64,000 bases of DNA from Nitrospinaceae bacterium (GTDB lineage: Bacteria > Nitrospinota > Nitrospinia > Nitrospinales > Nitrospinaceae), in contig OZ245011.1 in the NCBI GenBank assembly GCA_965223665.1, positions 2,080,001 through 2,144,000 of the forward strand. The letters are read 5' to 3'. Under the pieces are notes generated by a model. The model was not told where the DNA came from and did no database searches. It worked only from the letters and a program-made list of their open reading frames with translations. Positions 59,632 through 64,000 of this stretch are shown one piece after another. Position 1 is the first letter of the stretch. Every line of letters begins with the position of its first letter. A program made the translations under genes and the position numbers.

Positions 59632-62404
59632 CGAGTTGTACCTCCAAAGCCATTGATAAAATTGTGGTCGGCACCGGGTCGCGTTGGCGAATGAACGTTT
59701 GCCCCGCGCGATTCCATCCCGGGGTGAGCGCCACTTCAATTTCACTGGTAATCATTTCCGTGGGAAAGCCGTAAGGTTCGGTGGTTCGCTGAATGTAAGG
59801 AGACAGGTGATCGAAGTCCGGCCCCACTAAAAGTCCACGACTGTCTTTCACACGAAAGTACGCATGCGTGACCGATTTCATAAACCCCTGACCAAACGCT
59901 TCGATTTGCATCGCCATCGGCAACGTCACCAGATCTGCTTCAATAGGCAGTCCCACATGCACACGGCCACCGGGTAAATTAAACTGTACCTCACCGTCCG
60001 TCACCACTTCCTGCGAATCGACGCGACCGTCAGAAAAAATCGATACCGTTTGCCCCTCTAAATGATGCAGGTTGTTCACTTTCGATATCTTCTTTCGCAC
60101 CACGCCACCTTCTTCGTAAACATTGTATCCGGTTCCATCCACATCTTCCGGAGTGGTCACCGGCGTTTGCAGTTCAAAGCTGTTCGCATCTGAGTTGTTG
60201 ATCTTAAAGGTATGTCCGTTGAGTTCAGTCATTCCTTCAACATTGGCGATGATCACTTCGTCCCCGTCATTGAATCCATGACTGTTGGCGGTGATCACTA
60301 TGGGATTAGCCTTTGTGGCACCGCTGATGGGTTTGGGATCATCGTAAGTCAACCCGCTGTCCACAAAGAATGCGTCTTCCACTTCGTAAAATCGTCGCGA
60401 ATGCAACCGCTCGATGTAACGACGCTCGACACCGTTAATGGTACGTTTCACCAGACAGTACAACATGTTCTCGCCATTGTTCTCAGGAACTACGGCGGTC
60501 GACTCGAATGCACCTTCTAAAGTGTCGTGGCGGTGCCAGCCGAGAATGATCGGCTGTTGGTCCGGCAAGTAAGTACAGCCCAACAACTTGCCATCGGACC
60601 GCACACACCATACGGTCGAATTGGGATAACGCGAGTAATCCCAATCGAGAACCTTAAACCCGTCGATCAAATGCGGCGCGACCAGTGAAATGTCATCCGG
60701 TTTATACTTGTCCCGTTCAAAGGAGAAGTTAAACGTGTGCACATGATTCCCCTTGTCGGCAATGAACAAAGTGGAATCCCCTACCACCAATGGACGCACG
60801 TCGGCACTGCCAATGTGACTTTGCACCTTGATATTGACGGTGGTGGGAGTGAGCGCGTCTGAGTTTCCAGTGGAAAGTCGCCACTCGTTATTATTGGTGA
60901 AGACCATGAGATCGTTGAGTGAGACCAGGTGACGCACGCTGTTGTGTTGGCGAGATTTCAAACGCACCGTAATCGCGTTGTCGTCCTGCGAAGGAATCGA
61001 TTTGGTTAAATTGGATTCGGTTCCCGAGCGCGTCATCCAGATTGCCTGAGGTAAATCATTGGATGAAGCCAAACAACGGCGCTGGTCGTGATACGCTACG
61101 GTTCCCGGGTAATGGTTCGCCGCATAAAAGGGATCCGGATCAAACGGCGGCGTTTGCAAAACATCCGGTGTGATATTGTCATCAACAAATTCTAAATCGG
61201 AGGTTTGTCCGATGTACCCGTACAAACCTTTTTCCAGTTTGTAAACATTGTAACGGATAGCATTAGTTACCGGCTCCCAACCAATGGTATTATTAGCGCC
61301 ACTTTTTGATAAATCGTTTATGCAAACAGCTTCGCTGACAAATCCTCCAGATACATAGTTGGTGAAATTGGAAGAATCAGTTCCCGACAACTCAAAGGTA
61401 TCAGTATTCGGATTCAAAACGTCGTAAAATTGCCCGTTAATCCCTGAGGTCCCATTCAGTCCTGTCATTCCCTCTACTTCAGTAATTCGAATACGATCAC
61501 CATTGGAGAAAGTATGACCAACTGCTGTAACTAATAAGGGACTACTTCCACTTTTAGTAATGGTTCCGATTGCAATTCCTCTTGCAGGTAGGGATTCCTC
61601 CTGAATATCCTCGTCGATTGCTGTGACCTGATAATCGTAATCAATACTATCTCCTCCACCGGCCCCAACATCTGCAACCGAAGCGACGGTGATTGGTGGC
61701 TCAATCGATGGCTTCCAATCGATGATATTGAATGCCCAGTTGGTGGCGCCCATGCGGCGCAGTTCCCGGGGAGCGTAGGATTTATGAGTGATGGTGACTA
61801 CGTCAGCGCTTTGTTCGAATTTGAGTTGAAATAAATCCGCGGCAGGGTAAGGCGTGGCTAAGGTATACACACAAGCCGAGGTTCCCCCCGAAGTGTAGGG
61901 AGTATAACTCAGGCCATTAATATTGTTGCCTTGTAGATCGGTGAGTTCAAACGTATCGGTGAGTGGATTTTTGATTTTAAAGAACCGGCCGTTGAGTTCA
62001 GTCATTCCACCGACCCCGTTAATAAACACTTCATCGCCTGCCGCATAACCATGCCCGGTAACCGTAACCATTACCGGGTCGGCATTGGTGGCGGCGGTAA
62101 TATTTTGAGCCGTTTCCAATATCGTTGCGCCTTCGGTATGAACGCGCATGTAAAAATCGCCGAACTCCAGAATGTACGCCTGATCTGTATTAAAGATAAA
62201 CGGCAACAAACGCACAGGATTGGGGCCGCCGTCTTTCGCTTCTTTTATAAACTCGAACCCCGAGCGGTTCTCGGCAGGACCGGAAGGTCGTGTGATAAAG
62301 TTTCGACACCTCTCAACTCCAATCTGAAAGTGATGGAGATCGATGCGGCCAAACATTTCAGGAGCCACTTCGGCTCCGCCAAACGAACGTTGATGCGTAC
62401 GCAT
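59624..62404 (-). CDS. Phage tail tubular protein B / nozzle (T7 gp12-like) with three repeated inserted domains
   Basis: QRSFGGAEVAP, RLLPFIF, YILEFGDFYMR, YPGTVAYHDQR, GWHRH, VDSG, VHVGLP; three GH...GD...GMTxLNG inserts. Confidence 0.88.
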   Translation of the reverse strand: MRTHQRSFGGAEVAPEMFGRIDLHHFQIGVERCRNFITRPSGPAENRSGFEFIKEAKDGGPNPVRLLPFIFNTDQAYILEFGDFYMRVHTEGATILETAQNITAATNADPVMVTVTGHGYAAGDEVFINGVGGMTELNGRFFKIKNPLTDTFELTDLQGNNINGLSYTPYTSGGTSACVYTLATPYPAADLFQLKFEQSADVVTITHKSYAPRELRRMGATNWAFNIIDWKPSIEPPITVASVADVGAGGGDSIDYDYQVTAIDEDIQEESLPARGIAIGTITKSGSSPLLVTAVGHTFSNGDRIRITEVEGMTGLNGTSGINGQFYDVLNPNTDTFELSGTDSSNFTNYVSGGFVSEAVCINDLSKSGANNTIGWEPVTNAIRYNVYKLEKGLYGYIGQTSDLEFVDDNITPDVLQTPPFDPDPFYAANHYPGTVAYHDQRRCLASSNDLPQAIWMTRSGTESNLTKSIPSQDDNAITVRLKSRQHNSVRHLVSLNDLMVFTNNNEWRLSTGNSDALTPTTVNIKVQSHIGSADVRPLVVGDSTLFIADKGNHVHTFNFSFERDKYKPDDISLVAPHLIDGFKVLDWDYSRYPNSTVWCVRSDGKLLGCTYLPDQQPIILGWHRHDTLEGAFESTAVVPENNGENMLYCLVKRTINGVERRYIERLHSRRFYEVEDAFFVDSGLTYDDPKPISGATKANPIVITANSHGFNDGDEVIIANVEGMTELNGHTFKINNSDANSFELQTPVTTPEDVDGTGYNVYEEGGVVRKKISKVNNLHHLEGQTVSIFSDGRVDSQEVVTDGEVQFNLPGGRVHVGLPIEADLVTLPMAMQIEAFGQGFMKSVTHAYFRVKDSRGLLVGPDFDHLSPYIQRTTEPYGFPTEMITSEIEVALTPGWNRAGQTFIRQRDPVPTTILSMALEVQLGG

Positions 62405-62405
62405 G

Positions 62406-63023
62406 TCAAGACCTCCTTGCTAACATCGACGGCGGCATATAGTTTTTCAATCGCTGCTCCGGTTGGCGTGTCGCCTGTTGCGAGTTCGCGTCTTCCATGA
62501 TCGCTTTTGGCAAAGCCACCGCTTCGTAACGTTCCAGCGCCATCTGCGCGATCTGCGGTTTGCGGGTGATGGGTCCCGAAAGATACGATGCCAACAACCA
62601 GGATAATGCGGTGACAAACTTCGGACGGAATACTGTGGTGTCTTCGACCAAAGAGGTGAACGTCAGTACCGCCTGGTAGGCGTCGGTTAAAATGACGCGG
62701 CCGTGAATGTCGTCTCCTGCTTCTTTCCATGGGATGGGAATCTCGTTTCCAACTTCATTGACCTCGATTCCTTTAATGTAAAGGTTAGGAATTTTATACC
62801 GGAACAACCAACCGGAGGGCGGGTCGCCGACATCGGCCAACGCCAAAGTGCGCTCGGCGAATCCCCAATGATGCGCCTCCAGCAATTCTTTCAGAGCAAT
62901 CGGGTAAAACCGTGCACAATGTGCCGCTTGGGAGGTTCCGTCGGGAGGACTGATTCCCGTCACCTCGGCCTTATCGCCAAAATGACCTAACGCTAAATTA
63001 CAAATATCCACAACTGAAGGCAT
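62406..63023 (-). CDS. Phage tail tubular protein A / head-tail adaptor (T7 gp11-like)
   Basis: SVVDICNLALGHFG, LLEAHHWGFA, FVTALSWLLASYL; AAGGA SD. Confidence 0.85.
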   Translation of the reverse strand: MPSVVDICNLALGHFGDKAEVTGISPPDGTSQAAHCARFYPIALKELLEAHHWGFAERTLALADVGDPPSGWLFRYKIPNLYIKGIEVNEVGNEIPIPWKEAGDDIHGRVILTDAYQAVLTFTSLVEDTTVFRPKFVTALSWLLASYLSGPITRKPQIAQMALERYEAVALPKAIMEDANSQQATRQPEQRLKNYMPPSMLARRS

Positions 63024-63219
63024 AATGGGGTTCCTTTATGAAAAGTGTCTCTTTAACAATGCGAGAGTTCAGATTTTATACGGATACTTCCCGTTGGATG
63101 GATCAATGTTTTCATTCACAGGAAGTGGATGCCTGCTTTTGATTCAAGGGTCGTGGACTGTTTTGTGGTGGGTGAATTAAAAGGATGGATATGCTCTATT
63201 TCTGGAAAATCATTCCAAA

Positions 63220-63353
63220 TCCACACACAAAAAAGCCCCGCTGCCGTAGATAACTTCTACAGAGCCGGGCGTCGCATTGCGGTGGTCCCAGAGAAACCAG
63301 AAATTAGTTTCCATTCCTAATTATTATACCAAGTCAGAACGCATTCGTCTGCA
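63220..63353 (-). promoter_or_regulatory. Conserved promoter + structured leader/terminator, copy 2
   Basis: Same layout as copy 1 with compensatory changes in the inner hairpin. Confidence 0.75.
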
Positions 63354-63372
63354 AAAAAATTTTAATCACTAA

Positions 63373-64000
63373 TTATTTTTTTTGCGGGACGGCCTGGTAT
63401 TCCAGAATATATTTCTTGGCAGTGCGACGGTCGAGTTGAGTGTGTTTGGCGACTTCTTCATAAGTACCGAAGCGATTGTAGATTAAAGTGCAGTAATATC
63501 CCAAAAGGTCATTCGCACTAATAGACTTGCTTTTTATTTTATCGATGAGTTCCTCTTCCAGGGTTCCCGCGCTTCGGACCCAATCTCCTTGATAAGTTTT
63601 TGTGAGCAAAACACGCCGGACCGCCTGCTCCAGTTCACGAACGTTACCGGGCCAGGGATAGTCAGACGCAATTTCGTTTTGCAGGGTCTGCAAAACCATG
63701 TCTGCTAATGCTTCGTTCTCGTTCCCTGTGATTCGCGTGATCAGTGAAACCACCAACTGATCCAGTTCGTCCGGCAACTCCTGAATCCGCTGCCGAAGCG
63801 TGGGCAGAACGATAACATCCGAGCACAACCTGTAGAAAAAATCATCCCGGAAGTCACCCCTCTTTCTTAAGGTCTCCATGGAATGATGCGTCGCGGCGAT
63901 CACTCTTCCTTTAAAATTTTTCTGAAAGTGACCTCCTACCGGAGAAAATATTCTTTCCTCTAAAACTTTGAGCAGTTTGATTTGAATGGGAATGCTGACA
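63373..64000 (-). CDS. sigma54-dependent enhancer-binding protein, C-terminal part
   Basis: IQIKLLKVLEER, RVIAATH, FRDDFFYRL, YPWPGNVRELEQ, C-terminal HTH; continues past the right end. Confidence 0.9.
   Translation of the reverse strand, partial: VSIPIQIKLLKVLEERIFSPVGGHFQKNFKGRVIAATHHSMETLRKRGDFRDDFFYRLCSDVIVLPTLRQRIQELPDELDQLVVSLITRITGNENEALADMVLQTLQNEIASDYPWPGNVRELEQAVRRVLLTKTYQGDWVRSAGTLEEELIDKIKSKSISANDLLGYYCTLIYNRFGTYEEVAKHTQLDRRTAKKYILEYQAVPQKK

Noticed and set aside
51611-63023. Intact prophage
   Set aside because: No integrase, att repeats, head, packaging or replication genes, and host-type genes on both sides

Overview
A 64-kb accessory-rich chromosomal region of a diderm bacterium (lipoboxes, an outer-membrane barrel, a sigma54 activator). 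I saw no rRNA, tRNA, CRISPR array, integrase, transposase or reverse transcriptase. Main modules, left to right: (1) a MarR/thioredoxin pair and a lipoprotein YCF48-propeller-TM-NACHT-like receptor; (2) a rearranged toxin/immunity zone with a DUF2235 hydrolase and two partial copies, an orphan Rhs-CT with a PIN-like toxin and DUF433-like immunity gene, and orphan immunity-like genes; (3) a DUF692/MNIO enzyme with a CxxC precursor peptide; (4) seven tandem plus two more secreted DNRLRE-domain/coiled-coil/SxSGG-repeat paralogs; (5) the top candidate novel system: small exported or membrane proteins whose C-terminal G/N/D/V/I-rich motifs reappear at the mature N-terminus of adjacent exported TPR proteins (three matched motif pairs), resembling amyloid (BASS/RHIM-type) signalling but apparently extracytoplasmic and without an NTPase; (6) a head-less podophage tail/ejection cluster whose two units share a conserved promoter and a covarying RNA leader. 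Family names come from motif recognition by eye, not database searches.
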